From Botryllus schlosseri (lineage: Eukaryota): a stretch of 64,000 bases of DNA. The translations under genes and the position numbers were made by a program. Of this stretch, positions 41,401 to 51,554 are shown in pieces. The stretch covers positions 13,270,001-13,334,000 of the forward strand of contig CM119371.1 of the NCBI GenBank assembly GCA_051294905.1, written 5' to 3'. The notes beneath the pieces are model-generated. The model was not told the DNA's origin and did no database searches. It saw only the letters and a program-made list of their open reading frames with translations. Numbering within the stretch: the first letter of the stretch is position 1; each line of letters starts with the position of its first letter.

Positions 41401-44400
41401 GCCGAAGGCGAGGTCGATGTTAGGTCGTTGTTGGTAATCCTGAAAGCTGGCTCGTATTCATTTAGAAGAAATTGCTAGTATTTTGATTTGAAACAGGCTA
41501 GCCGGATATCACCATGAGCAACAGTGTCAATGGATGCAGAAACCAAGGAAAATTCGAATGTATAATTAAAATCTTTTATATTGATATTGGAAATTCATGT
41601 TTTGAACGTCGACAAGGCTATCTGGTGGCATATGCATTGGTGCCACTGTAGTTTATCGCATGCTTTATAGCCTGGCCGAATGCGTGATTGGTTACTGACC
41701 TTTGGATAAATATGAGATGTTCAACTCCAGTCGTACGCTCACCCAAACAGTGTCGTTTACTGCTGAGCAATGTAAAATCAGCATAATTGGTAGTAGCTGT
41801 CGTAGTTGACGACCAGAGGGCTGACATTTCTGGTCTTAAACGAAAGCTAGGTGTCGCACTGTTTCCAAAAAAACGAATATACAGTCCATCCTCAAGATTA
41901 CCGGACCACGACTGACCTGTCGATCTCGCTTCCCATGACATGCCGCCCTATTTATTGTCGCTTTCTTTTTCTATACTATCTTCTTTACTTTCATTCAGTG
42001 TGCATGCCTCCTCTTTACATCGCCTAGGCCAAGGTGGGTGTCAGATTCCATAGACTACTCCTTGTCGCTTCGACATCTTCCTGTCTTTTCATTGTTTCGC
42101 ATTTTTTGTGGTGTATTGAACTGATAAAATTGCTAATAAACCAATGATGATGATGAATATAACATCTGATAGTCAGGGCAATGGAATCACATAGAAATAG
42201 CCCCTAAGGCTATTATAAATGTGCTAGTGGTTCAATATGTCTATTTGACTGCATCATCGTTTTTGCATCCTCGAAGGTTTTTCTCCTATTCGCCTATATG
42301 CATCACTATTTTTTTCGAAGTTGGCTAGCATTGAAAAGGAATTTAAGATGTGCTAGTGTTGGTGATATACAGTGCCACATACATTGGGGAATGATGGATG
42401 CAGGCCCGTAACTGCCGCACCCCAAACCCCACAATTGGGGGGGCCTAAAATTATTTCGTGAATTAGCATAAATTATAGAGTATTTATTGAAAATTTATGC
42501 AACTTTACAAAAAATTTTCGCGTAGAGCGCGATTTCAAGTTGCCAATTATCTTGATTGTTGGGTAGGCTAGGCTACTCTTCCCCCAAGCAAAAATACGCA
42601 AGATTCATAGAAATGGGCATATCGGCGTTGGCCATTACTGCGCCACGACCCACCAAGACATATAAAGTAAGCCATGTAACGTGCGACTCCAAGAAGTGTG
42701 CCAGAACCATCGGCAGCGAGAAAACCGTGGCCGAAAAGTACTGCCCTAATGCTGACCGAAAACTTCATTATATATACAAAATACTGTCTTGGCAATCTGA
42801 ACCTCACAAGACAAATACCATCCCGCAGGGAAAATTATATGCCAGTGAAGAAATTCCAATTTGAAATTGTGTGCGTCTTTTAGTTTCCTAACCTACGTTA
42901 TGGCTATTCTATATTTTTTATAAGCAGACAGGGGTCATGAAATAACATCATGTTTAGGATTTATACCAACGGGCCCTATATACAGTTTCCAAGACATCTC
43001 TCTCAGCTCTACCGGTAAATCTGATTACCTGAGCAGAGAGGACAAGAAGTTTATAGCAATATATTTGCAATTCCCGATCTTATTCACCGAATTTATCATG
43101 AATTTTCGAAAACTTTCGCGCTTCGCGCTGGCTTACTTGGCAGTAGCGTACCACTCATTTCGTGGCAAAAGCGAACAAGATGATGTGGGGTAGGTTTATC
43201 ACCCTATGGGAGCCCAAGACCCAAGATTGTTTGCGGGGCCTGACGAAGTGCTGTTTCGTTCCTGCCAACGGAAATACGCCCAAAGATGTTTAATTACAAA
43301 ATTTAGGGGTCCTACCTCTTCAAACACACCTCACTCAGCTCTACCTGTAAATCTGATTACGTGAGCAGAGAGAGGATAAACATAGACAGCAACATATATG
43401 GAATTCCCGATCCTTTTGACCGATTGAATCATGAATTTATAGAAATTTTTCGCGCTTCGCGCGTTTAGGCGAGAAAAGCTGACCCATTAAACGACCCTCA
43501 ACGTAGATATGTAAGTAGCGGTAATTAGCGAACAGCCGAGGGGGGCGAAGCCTCCCAGAAGTTCTGTTCATCAACATATGGGGGCCAAGACCAGTGTTCT
43601 GGGGGGGGGGGGTGGCGAAGTGCTGTTAGGGCCCTGGATGGATGGATGAACTTACTAATATGGCGAGCTCGTATATATCGTCCTAAGATTGGGTTTTTCA
43701 ACCTTTTTGTTGGCTGTGGTTCCTTTTTCGATCTGAAAATGTTTTGTGGCGCACCTCTCAGCCTAGTCATAGTCCTGCTCAATAGGCGATAATCGTTGGC
43801 GGCGGCCCCGCTTACTCTACATGTCAGAATCTACACCTCCAGCGACATAAAATCGCGTGAAGCACGAGCAAATTTTTCAAGATGAACAAATCTCATATAA
43901 AAAAACGACCAAGGAAATAAGTTTGGGCGCCATTCGAGCTTAAACCAATTGGGGGATTTAGGATGTGGCAGCTAACGCCTTGGTAACCTGTAGAACTCTT
44001 GTGAACATAATGGCCGTATGCTGTTCCGCGAACGTACGTGGTGAAACGTCATTGCATCCACGAACTCAATCAGTTTGCGTGATGCGGGTTTTATAGTTCC
44101 ACTATGGTGGAGAATAAATATAACTGTGACAGCGAAACGATTTTGGGTCATCTTCAAAAATTCTTAACGTGATTTTGGTGAATGAAATACTACAGAGAAG
44201 TGGAGAAAGAACTTAAAATATGCAAGCTGTGCGTGTATATCTTGTACCTACTGAGGTTGCGATGTCACAACATTCAATCCAATGATACAATCATTTCATG
44301 CAGCAAGGCCGGACATTTCAGACCCACTCCAAAGATTAATGACCTTCGCCAAAAGGATAGGAAGGAAAGGACGTAGTTTATTTTTGTCCTTGATTTTTGC

Positions 44401-47400
44401 GGCATACACACCGACTCATGATACACATACGTACGATCTGTGTATATGCATACCATGTGTGCATGATGTGCATATGCCGCTGGACCAGGAAGTGCAGATG
44501 CACCACCACTCCATGCTATCCCAGTAATGCATGAGCGCCAAGCAGGGAAGTCATGGATACCAGTTTCACTAAACAGGTGTTTGGTCTGACCCAGCGGGGG
44601 ATGGTACCCACGACCTACCGATCAAGAAGCCGGACGCCTCACCATTACGCTATCTTGTCGTTGCGACGTCAATCCATTACTTGTCGTTGCGGTGGTGCCG
44701 TATACGGCCACATCAAATTGATAATTGATAATGATAAATTGCAATTATGGCAATTTTTGTGAAACGATAATGCGACCTGCTGAAGTACCGTACATCTACA
44801 TCAAAATCACACTTCAGTTCGAGTTTAATGCACACCCATTTGAACGGCACATGACATATGACCTAGCTAGGGCCTTAACTTCCAGTTATTATATAATCGA
44901 AATTATTTTCGTTGTTGTAAAACATAGGTTATCATCATAGCCGTTTCGCCGCTTCCCTTGCCATTTTCATCTCGTACATTGCGACACCATAGGTGTCACT
45001 ACGTGTCATTACAGTCGGCTGAAAAGTTTGATGTATCTTACATAAAACTCGATAATATGAATTTGAATGTATGTTTTGGGCAAATAATTTAACAAATATA
45101 ATTGAACTTTAACTAAATGCACAATTTTGCTAATAGCTTTATGTGGCCCACCTCTAAGCGTGACTTTGGCCCTGCGTTGAAGACTCTGTCGTATGCAGTG
45201 ATATTTGATTCATTTCATAATGCCGCAGAATACTAGTTAGCCCTCTAGTTTAGCGGACCACGGCCTGACATATCAATCTCGCCTTCCGACACATGCCACC
45301 TATTCTTGTCACCTGTCCTATCATAGTATCTTATTTTACTTTTTATTCAGTGTGTATGCCCCTTTTTACATCGCCTATATAGGCCAGGTGGTTGTCTGAT
45401 TTCGAAGACTACTCCAAGTTGTTTCTCCAAGACTTACTCCAAGCTACTCCAAGTCTTTCAACGAACTTAAATATAATTATAAAAAGCAGGTCTTGCATTC
45501 ATAACCTAATTGCTACTGTTTTTGTTTCTTCATTATCATACCATTGGTACCATTTGTACTGTCTACTTGTTATTTTACTATCTGTTCGTTTAGTTACTTG
45601 CTCTATACAGCTTGATTGACAGCAGTGATATGCATGATCATTAATTATATACACATAGCCTATAATCGGTATATGTGATTGGTGTTGCATATAGGACTGT
45701 ATAAAGTATAAGGTGCAGCTGGCTTGATGACCTGATGGTCGTATCGCTGCCCACCATTTCACCGCAATTACAGTCCTGCATCTGGAAATAAACTTCTGTA
45801 TGTCGGTTTCGACACCTGCCTATCTTTCATTGTTTCGCGGTCTTGGGGTGCATTGAAACGATAAAAATTTTAGCAATAAATTGAATTGAAATTCAATTGA
45901 AAAGAATTTATAAGATTGGAAAGATTTGTATAAAGCATAGTTTCACTGTAATGCTGTGGGCCTATACTTACTTATGCACATCGGCATGTCAGCATCCCAG
46001 TTGTTTGATCTGTCGCAATTCAGTTTTTCGTTCCCTTTCATCTCATACCCATCCCAGCATTTGATCCACACGGCACTACCGGTTGGATATTTGCCACCTC
46101 GCATATAATGGGATGACCGCATTGTGGCATACTTCACATTAGGCTCGTCGCAACCTTGAAGAATGAAAAATGTATTCAGTTCAGGAATGGTCAATCTTTT
46201 TATTCAAAGGGCCAAACCATTGCTCGTGTCACCTGAGTATTCAAGATCTTTTGTTGGGAGCTAGATTAGATAACGGTAAAAACAAGACTCATCTTACTAC
46301 GCACCGAGATCGCTGACATTTATGCCATGACGATTGACTGTGCTTCCATGTTCTAACCGCGAGATACGTGAAAATATTTCAAAGGCAACGAATGAATTCG
46401 GATATTGCATGTATAGCGAGGCGCAGATGCAATGACAGGAGTATTCTGAGCCGGGAAGTCTTCGGTCGACATGCATCGATCATTTCGGGCCAAAATGTTA
46501 GCGCTGACGATCCTTCTGGGGGCTCACTCGCGGATTCACAGGTTTGCTGACAATTTATAGGTATTGGTGTGTACTAGGTCGGAGATAGCTGCCGCCGAAA
46601 TCCCGACGGTCTAAAGCTGTTCCGTGATACCGGGACTATACTCTATTCTCCCGTAATTTTATATTTTTGAAGGGATACTAAAAGCAAGAATCTGGTGGCC
46701 CAAATTCCGCGAAATACGCTACTATATGTAAATTGGATCTCATGTTCACATTGAAATGAACGCGAATATTTTCGGCTGACACTCATCAGGGGTAACCGCC
46801 AGCAACTAGTATATAATTGGAAAGGACATTGTATATCAACATTCAACAATCCTTAATTTACGATGAATCAAATGATAATGTGGCGGCATTACCCGTTCGC
46901 CTCGCCTGGCTGGGCCAATGTTTCGAAACTTATGATTTTTTGTCAACATCCCAAATTTTGCGGTTACTCTTATTAGAATTCGGAGGAGCATTGCAAGTTC
47001 ACAGTAAATTACGTGGGCAGTTCACAATCTGATAACATACCTACTTCGATAATTACCGCGCGGGTCACGTAAAACCTTCGCGCGGACAGGTTGGCCGTAT
47101 AGCGTGCTCTGTCGTGGGCGCGCTCCTGGCGTTAGCTGATACAAAGTTTATACTCGTAATAACTTAAGCTTTAACAATATTGGTTGCAATTTTTTCAATA
47201 TCTGTTATGTCTCAAGATAAAGCACAAGATAGCAAACAAAATGATCCAAAAATAAAACGGAATCTCCCTAATAAGCTAGAAGTAAAACTGCAATTGATTC
47301 TTTGCAAGTTAACCGATACGTGTCCTTCAATAATTATGCAGTTCTTGACTTGTTGATAACCCACACGCTGTTACGCATTGAGTGTGTTTGCGTGTATCAA

Positions 47401-47540
47401 CACTTCTTTCAATATTAAGAGGTTTAGCACATAATTGTGGAGTCGGTTCGACTTTACAATGAAGAGAACGTGGTAGGCTACTTACCGAGAGATACCTGGA
47501 TGATCAGTGCCACTGTGATGGAACTGAGTAAATTGTTCAT
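8481..47540 (-). CDS. Gene A (whole model): secreted multi-CCP/sushi protein, signal peptide + 19 CCP modules, ~1237 aa, Tyr/Lys/Met-rich, factor H-like architecture
   Basis: Manual splicing of 21 exons with ag/gt boundaries gives one open frame (55+3651+8=3714 nt including TGA). Each internal exon encodes one CCP with four Cys and the conserved Trp. No stop arises at any junction codon. Extra exons in the 7-kb intron 38965-45971 cannot be excluded. Confidence 0.85.
8894..10401. mobile_element. hAT-type non-autonomous element in the last intron of gene A, containing a GACTCGAGTC-family element (~9310-9803)
   Basis: TIR cagtggttcccaacc/ggttgggaaccactg, TSD atctacga/atctaaga; absent from the homologous intron of gene B. 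Confidence 0.8.
10636..10818 (-). CDS. Gene A CCP19 (NCMIPRPYSY...WMAELPKCV)
   Basis: 183 nt, ag / gtaagt. Confidence 0.9.
11337..14449. mobile_element. Nested MITE stack: outer GGAGCC-repeat element > 11580-13452 > 12037-13293 > 12334-13100; plus 13642-14284
   Basis: TSDs gttatgac, gcatagag, gcctagtt, c(c/t)ttagtc, (g/a)tatagac; empty site in gene B near 59080-59100. Confidence 0.85.
11745..11924 (+). pseudogene. hAT (Buster/Charlie-type) transposase C-terminal fragment
   Basis: LIFPYTWECEQGFSSLMTIKSKKRNR...HDFRCAASKRIPRIDKLMDNKQMLPSH* resembles the C-terminus of Buster/ZBED5/SCAND3-type transposases; lies inside the TIR element 11580-13452. Confidence 0.8.
14507..14692 (-). CDS. Gene A CCP18 (YCMGDDVMHG...WDNKAPMCN)
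   Basis: 186 nt, ag / gtaagt. Confidence 0.9.
14853..15679. mobile_element. MITE (tagggcg...gtcaaaa-rich TIRs); second copy at ~25345-28328 split by nested insertions
   Basis: TIR tagggcgatttt/aaaatcgcccta; shared internal sequence. Confidence 0.75.
15804..15986 (-). CDS. Gene A CCP17 (YCKVPDHHAYNH...WGGAPQKCK)
   Basis: 183 nt, ag / gtaagt. Confidence 0.9.
16130..16772. mobile_element. GACTCGAGTC-rich MITE family (other copies ~9310-9803, 17675-18180, 19765-20110, 31885-32380, 32668-33050; related 29535-31121)
   Basis: Arrays of palindromic gactcgagtc and shared internal sequence; this copy also contains a retroelement 3' fragment (~16300-16422) seen again at ~40430-40528, ~42020-42140 and ~45800-45890. 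Confidence 0.8.
17379..17576 (-). CDS. Gene A CCP16 (YCSPPMVEHG...WDELPKCKRMPT)
   Basis: 198 nt, ag / gtaaga. Confidence 0.9.
19311..19511 (-). CDS. Gene A CCP15 (SCMHMMIQHG...WNKKRPKCMKIGK)
   Basis: 201 nt, ag / gtgagt (an alternative in-phase gtaaaa donor lies 6 nt upstream). Confidence 0.9.
20248..20445 (-). CDS. Gene A CCP14 (YCKMPKFEHG...WDMKPPMCKKIKA)
   Basis: 198 nt, ag / gtaaca. Confidence 0.9.
21313..21507 (-). CDS. Gene A CCP13 (YCYAPEFYYG...WKYKSPKCMDMKK)
   Basis: 195 nt, ag / gtaagt. Confidence 0.9.
21566..21766 (-). CDS. Gene A CCP12 (YCDPPMIEHG...WDKKPPMCKRMMMM)
   Basis: 201 nt, ag / gtacgt; followed by a 58-nt intron. Confidence 0.9.
22038..23477. mobile_element. hAT-type MITE with nested MITE 22684-23074 (tcgcccc repeats)
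   Basis: TSD ctgtagac (outer) and gtgtagat (inner); cagtgg...ccactg termini. Confidence 0.85.
24806..25006 (-). CDS. Gene A CCP11 (YCDPPKFEHG...WKFVHPTCKMATK)
   Basis: 201 nt, ag / gtatgg. Confidence 0.9.
25345..28328. mobile_element. Five-level nested stack: tagggc-family > 25570-27716 > 25938-27402 > 26084-27248 > ~26255-27060
   Basis: TSD ttgtaaat around caggggt...acccctg; TSD ctgttgat around cataggcgccgaac...gttcggcgcctatg. Confidence 0.75.
28372..28569 (-). CDS. Gene A CCP10 (YCYPPKIMHG...WDKKPPMCKSHKM)
   Basis: 198 nt, ag / gtaagc. Confidence 0.9.
28928..31501 (+). mobile_element. Deleted DNA transposon (probably Chapaev3/CMC-like) with transposase remnant at ~29187-29290, hosting two nested elements
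   Basis: Termini cattggccaaca / tgttgaccagtg; remnant FYRTREKELPAYFSQQD*LFYCKDIEELLLKM; superfamily assignment is from memory. Confidence 0.55.
30445..31111. mobile_element. Near-perfect 667-bp foldback (palindromic) element
   Basis: tagggctcttcaaaaatgac... mirrored as ...gtcatttttgaagagcccta; 8-bp TSD cccaacac; inserted in the terminus of element 29535-31121 (TSD atgcacac). Confidence 0.9.
31596..31790 (-). CDS. Gene A CCP9 (GCMGHDVMHG...WNHSPPMCKSMYK)
   Basis: 195 nt, ag / gtaaga. Confidence 0.9.
33148..33354 (-). CDS. Gene A CCP8 (YCMPSMVEHG...WDFDPPKCKSMKHSSG)
   Basis: 207 nt, ag / gtaagg. Confidence 0.9.
33444..33638 (-). CDS. Gene A CCP7 (TCKKPDFDG...WDFEAPKCRPMNM)
   Basis: 195 nt, ag / gtgagt. 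Confidence 0.9.
34653..34847 (-). CDS. Gene A CCP6 (YCEKPMIDHG...WDFMPPRCIMKQ)
   Basis: 195 nt, ag / gtacgc. Confidence 0.9.
34923..36289. mobile_element. hAT-type MITE with nested MITE 35650-36174
   Basis: TSD tgttagag (outer) and tattagat (inner); the inner element is related to 12334-13100. Confidence 0.85.
36328..36513 (-). CDS. Gene A CCP5 (KCMAPKHMDYNHM...WDKSPYKCM)
   Basis: 186 nt, ag / gtgagt. Confidence 0.9.
   Translation of the reverse strand, partial: RNVWLRNTWITITWRTPRKCTKKVNTSSSCAWTDIANTPSTTMKRPCVRKMENGTNLRTSA
37100..37291 (-). CDS. Gene A CCP4 (HCSAPDHMMYYHK...WDNMPYKCESE)
   Basis: 192 nt, ag / gtgagt. Confidence 0.9.
38531..38716 (-). CDS. Gene A CCP3 (DYCKMMKMDYGKY...WDRKAPMCK)
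   Basis: 186 nt, phase 1-1, CCP motif. Confidence 0.9.
38797..38964 (-). CDS. Gene A CCP2 (PCAHPRTFFGGKFYPDKAGYKYDDKVYYGCPGNRGKHIYSTCQMDGKWKQASKCY)
   Basis: 168 nt, taag| and |gtaagg; not shown in this frame in the ORF track, translated by hand. Confidence 0.8.
44789..45018 (-). pseudogene. Possible decayed CCP pseudo-exon in gene A intron 2
   Basis: ttttcag|cc GAC TGT start; fragments YGVAMYEMKM, GETAM, SYVMCRSNG and LKCD fall in shifting frames with stops. Confidence 0.3.
45972..46154 (-). CDS. Gene A CCP1 (GCDEPNVKYATM...CWDGYEMKGNEKLNCDRSNNWDADMPMCI)
   Basis: 183 nt, ttcaag| and |gtaagt, canonical CCP spacing. Confidence 0.85.
47486..47540 (-). CDS. Gene A exon 1: signal peptide MNNLLSSITVALIIQVSL(G)
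   Basis: ATG, 18 mostly hydrophobic codons, then a phase-1 G|gtaagt donor; in-frame TAA upstream; joins in frame to CCP1 (G-C-D-E-P). Confidence 0.75.
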
Positions 47541-47640
47541 GATTGATTATGCCGACTCTCTTACGGATCGAATTCCACCTGGATATCCTGCTACCAAGAA
47601 TAATCAAGGCAGCATGATGAAATGATGTTTCATTCTCGCA

Positions 47641-47646
47641 TTTATA
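47641..47646 (-). promoter_or_regulatory. Candidate TATA box (TATAAA) of gene A
   Basis: tttata on + strand, ~100 nt upstream of the predicted ATG at 47540; positional evidence only. Confidence 0.4.
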
Positions 47647-47924
47647 CACTTAGAGAAAGTCACATGACAAAAGTGCCCTCGGGTGAACGTGATCTTACTA
47701 GCTCGTTGCAGAATATTTGAATGCGCCAATCCGCAGCAACGCCGGCTAATTTCACATGTGTAGAAAATCAGTTGAAACCGCGCGGTGAAAATACTCAAAA
47801 TTCACCATGACTTGCATTTAGGCAAAATATGTTTTTCAAACTTTGACACGAATCAGAGATAGCATAAATACAGTAGCGTATACGATGTAAAATACCACCG
47901 ATTATCTAAACGCAGTATCAACAT

Positions 47925-48095
47925 GACCGACAAGATGGCGTGATGGTGAAGCGCCCAGCTTCTTGAACGGTACGTTGTGGGTTCGATCCCCGGCCGGGTC
48001 GGAACAAAGTACTGATTATAGTAAAACTGGTATCCATGATGCCACCGCTATAATATCGTCAGAATAAATTTTTATCTGTCCAAGACACACACACA
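47925..48095 (+). mobile_element. tRNA-derived SINE-like element just upstream of gene A
   Basis: A-box tggcgtgatgg, B-box gggttcgatccc, (CA)n tail. Confidence 0.55.
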
Positions 48096-51000
48096 ATGCG
48101 CTGCGATGTAATGATCAGATAGGGGGATGGCGAACGACCAGTCAGTATGGGGTCTCTTAAACTGGTACTCACCTTGACCTAGCGCCGAAGTCACAGTCTT
48201 TATCGAAGTTATTCCATCTTCGTAGGTCCCTTTTAAAAGCTATTTCGGGCTTCTCTTTTTCTTTATCCGGTCGTTTTCTGGGCTTTATGTTGCCGTAAGA
48301 ACAACGACACGGGGAATGAGGAGCCCAGAATAACTTTGTTTTCATCCACTTCCATAAACTATATGTCAAATGCAGAGATGGCCATAAAGAAATCTAGCGT
48401 CTGTCATTGAATGCTTTATAAGAAGCGCGGGGCAACGTTTTGGGCGTCGTGTCTGTGGGAAAATAAAGTACTTGTCGGTCCAGATTCCTGATTCGGTACA
48501 TTAATTGCGTAGTTATCCCCCACTTTACGTTTGAAGCATTGAGACCAGAAGCAGTATTTATTAAATATATTACCGTTTCGTTGCCTTAATAGCTGTTGAA
48601 GTCTATGATCGATCAACTTTGTCTACAAGTTCTTTGAACTCAGGATGCATGTCGGACGTATAGAATCCCTCACTATAGACTGCATGTGAATATCAGTGAG
48701 ACTGGAACGCAGCTTAGTCTTGTTAACGATCATGGTCGAAAATGTTTGCTCGCAATCAAGAACACAAAGAAAACGCTTTCAAACAGTGGAGATAAAATTG
48801 GCACTTCCGAATGTCGGGGTTTCTGCGAACCCAACCCCTCCTCCGTGCACCAATGCATACGGCGTATCTTCACAACAGCAACAATTCGACTACTGATCGG
48901 TTCCAATTGCATGCAACCAATGATGACAAAGACGTTCGTATCATCACAAATCATATGTACGATTTGAGCGTGTGTCCGCGGAACCCAGGAGGCTCGCTCA
49001 TGGAACTGTTAGTGTTCCGTGGAACGCCGGTTAAGAATAGCGATGTTGCGAACGTGAGGTTCACGCTCGCGTTCTGTGTGTGGACCTCAGATATTTAAAG
49101 GTTCACGTTCACCAACGAATATTGGTAGGTTCTGCACTATGAACCTTTTTCATAAATTACAATTTTCACGTCATCATAACATCTTTAGTTGGAATTCTTT
49201 GCATTTCAACTTCGGGCCACTCTATACATGGCGGTAGCAGCATAACAAATCAACACTAATCGATCATGCACCATGCCAATCTCAAAAAATTTACATGGTT
49301 TGTTACAAAAGTTTTCACGAAATATCCAGCTTTCTGTTTTAGTGAATATTTAGTGACTCTCTGCTGGGAGCTTGACTTGCAATCTCACAACATCAGGAGC
49401 GAAATACGCTACCTAACCTAACCTAACCTATAACAGAGTGCTATACGTCCACACTCCACATAGTAGCCTGAGTACTCCAGGGGGAGGTTGGCTGCGGTCC
49501 CTCCAGACCCTTAAAAAGAAATACGCTACATGTCGGTAATCAGCGAATGATGCTTATTCAACCAATCAATGAAATTCCTATGAAGAATTCATCGCTGTAA
49601 AAAATCTAGCAGGCGTACGGTATCCATCTTGCTTTGGTATGTTTAATGTATCGTAAAAACCAAATCCTTGCGATGGGGGTGTTGGCAACTGTATACCTTG
49701 TTAATTTTGCACTATGCTCAATATCAATGAATAGCAATAGTCACCCGAATACATTTTCCGGCTGGCCAAGACCGCTAAGGCGTAAGCTTACAGTCCCTTG
49801 CAAGTCCTCGTCGAAATTGTTGGCAAAGTGCTGGAAGATATTGATTTTATGGGAATATTATATCCTTTGTTTGACCCAGTTGATACATTTGGAGGGAGAC
49901 GTTTAGAAAGTCACCATGTACCTCGGCATTGTGGCATAATGTGGCCTAAATCGTCGCTAGGTATCGTGGACAGTACATTAATATATCACTTCAATGAAAT
50001 GTAGGGTTGGAACTAGCAATAACGTCACGCGACGTCATAGGTTCACGCTCACGTTCACACGGAACCTTTCAAAATGGTTCGCGTTCACACGAACCTGATT
50101 CTTTCCAAGGTTCACAACATTCCTAGTTTAGAACCACTGGTTTAGCACCAGTGGTTGTTTCGTCCACTGACCATCATGCAATTCTATTGCCGCCGGTTGG
50201 TTGCCTTCATATTGTGTAAGAGTTTATGTAACTATAAATTGTACTGTATATAGTTAGCATATCTCGAGGGTTCAAGTCGAAATTCGGGCAGGCCTATTTG
50301 TGATTTCATGCCGATATCTAGCGATGCGATGATTGCTTGAGATACATCATCCCCAAATGCAACCGACGTAATTTAGTATGAAGAATTGGAAATGATCTAT
50401 CGTTCATAGACTACGAAACGTTTGGACATCGCGATAATTTGATTCTGCCGATTTCAGTATACTGTAACTTTGATATCCACGAGAATCCGACGTAAACAGG
50501 AGCCTGTTGCTGAAATGATCGACATTCATTTTGCTTTGCTTGTGTGACTGCCTCATTGGTCACGGATATGTTTTCCACGAGATATCAATTAAAATATGCC
50601 TTCACAAGCAACCACAACAGAACTCTTATAATGACGTTGGTCTGTTTTTAAATCGGCTACAAGTCAATGACTGCAAATGACTTCGCATAACGTATTTACG
50701 GATATCACATCGAAATTCAAAGTAGCTTATACGACCATGCAAACAAAGCAGTTTAAAAAGCCACACGCCAATCACCGTACGTGGGCTCAATGCAGGCAAC
50801 AGGCTATTTCCAATCACGTTACTTCGTGATTTACGTTATAAATGCCCCTCTCTCTATTATAATACTATCTTCTGAACACTCGCGTTTCAGATTAGCGGCG
50901 ACTAATCGCACATATCACGCTCAGGAAAGCACCCAGCCTCGGGCGGCAACGATTTTGCGCTGTTCATAGTGAATCAGCGCGTTCCAATTCATCACCGAGA

Positions 51001-51554
51001 GAGCCATGGATGAGACAACATTATAGGTTCAACTTCACGCATCTTCTGCGGCATCAACACCATCCAGAACGCGATTTACGCTCATATCTCTACTAGGTGC
51101 ATTGCCGTGTTCAACGTGAATTGCCCGGTTTTATGACAGGGATAGCAGTGTGATGTTGTTAAAAGAATTCGGTACGAAATTATCAGTGGCGGCTCGTGAC
51201 AATATCGGGTGGTGGGGCAAGGGCTGCAAGCGACTTTTTATCAAGATGACGTCACAATGGCGTTTTCCAACGTAAACAAGTAACTTAATGATGTTACGGT
51301 AACATGAATTTCCCGACAACAGTGATTTTAACGTATGTGCCACGAGAGGTCTGCCGGTGAGCTGTGACTTGAAGTGTGGTAACTACGTAAACGGCGTACG
51401 GAACAAAGTTTCAACGCGGTTCATGTTTGCACTATACCTGACTAATTATCTGCAGAAATGGAAATGACTTTAACTCGAGAGATTGCGTAAGCCTAATTGG
51501 AAAGGTCAACGAGTTCGGACACATACCCAATTGTTATCTCATACATTGGGCTGT

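Noticed and set aside
8481..47540. Assigning the symbol CFH, SVEP1 or CR1
   Set aside because: Only the domain architecture is similar; orthology cannot be shown from the sequence and the composition is very different.
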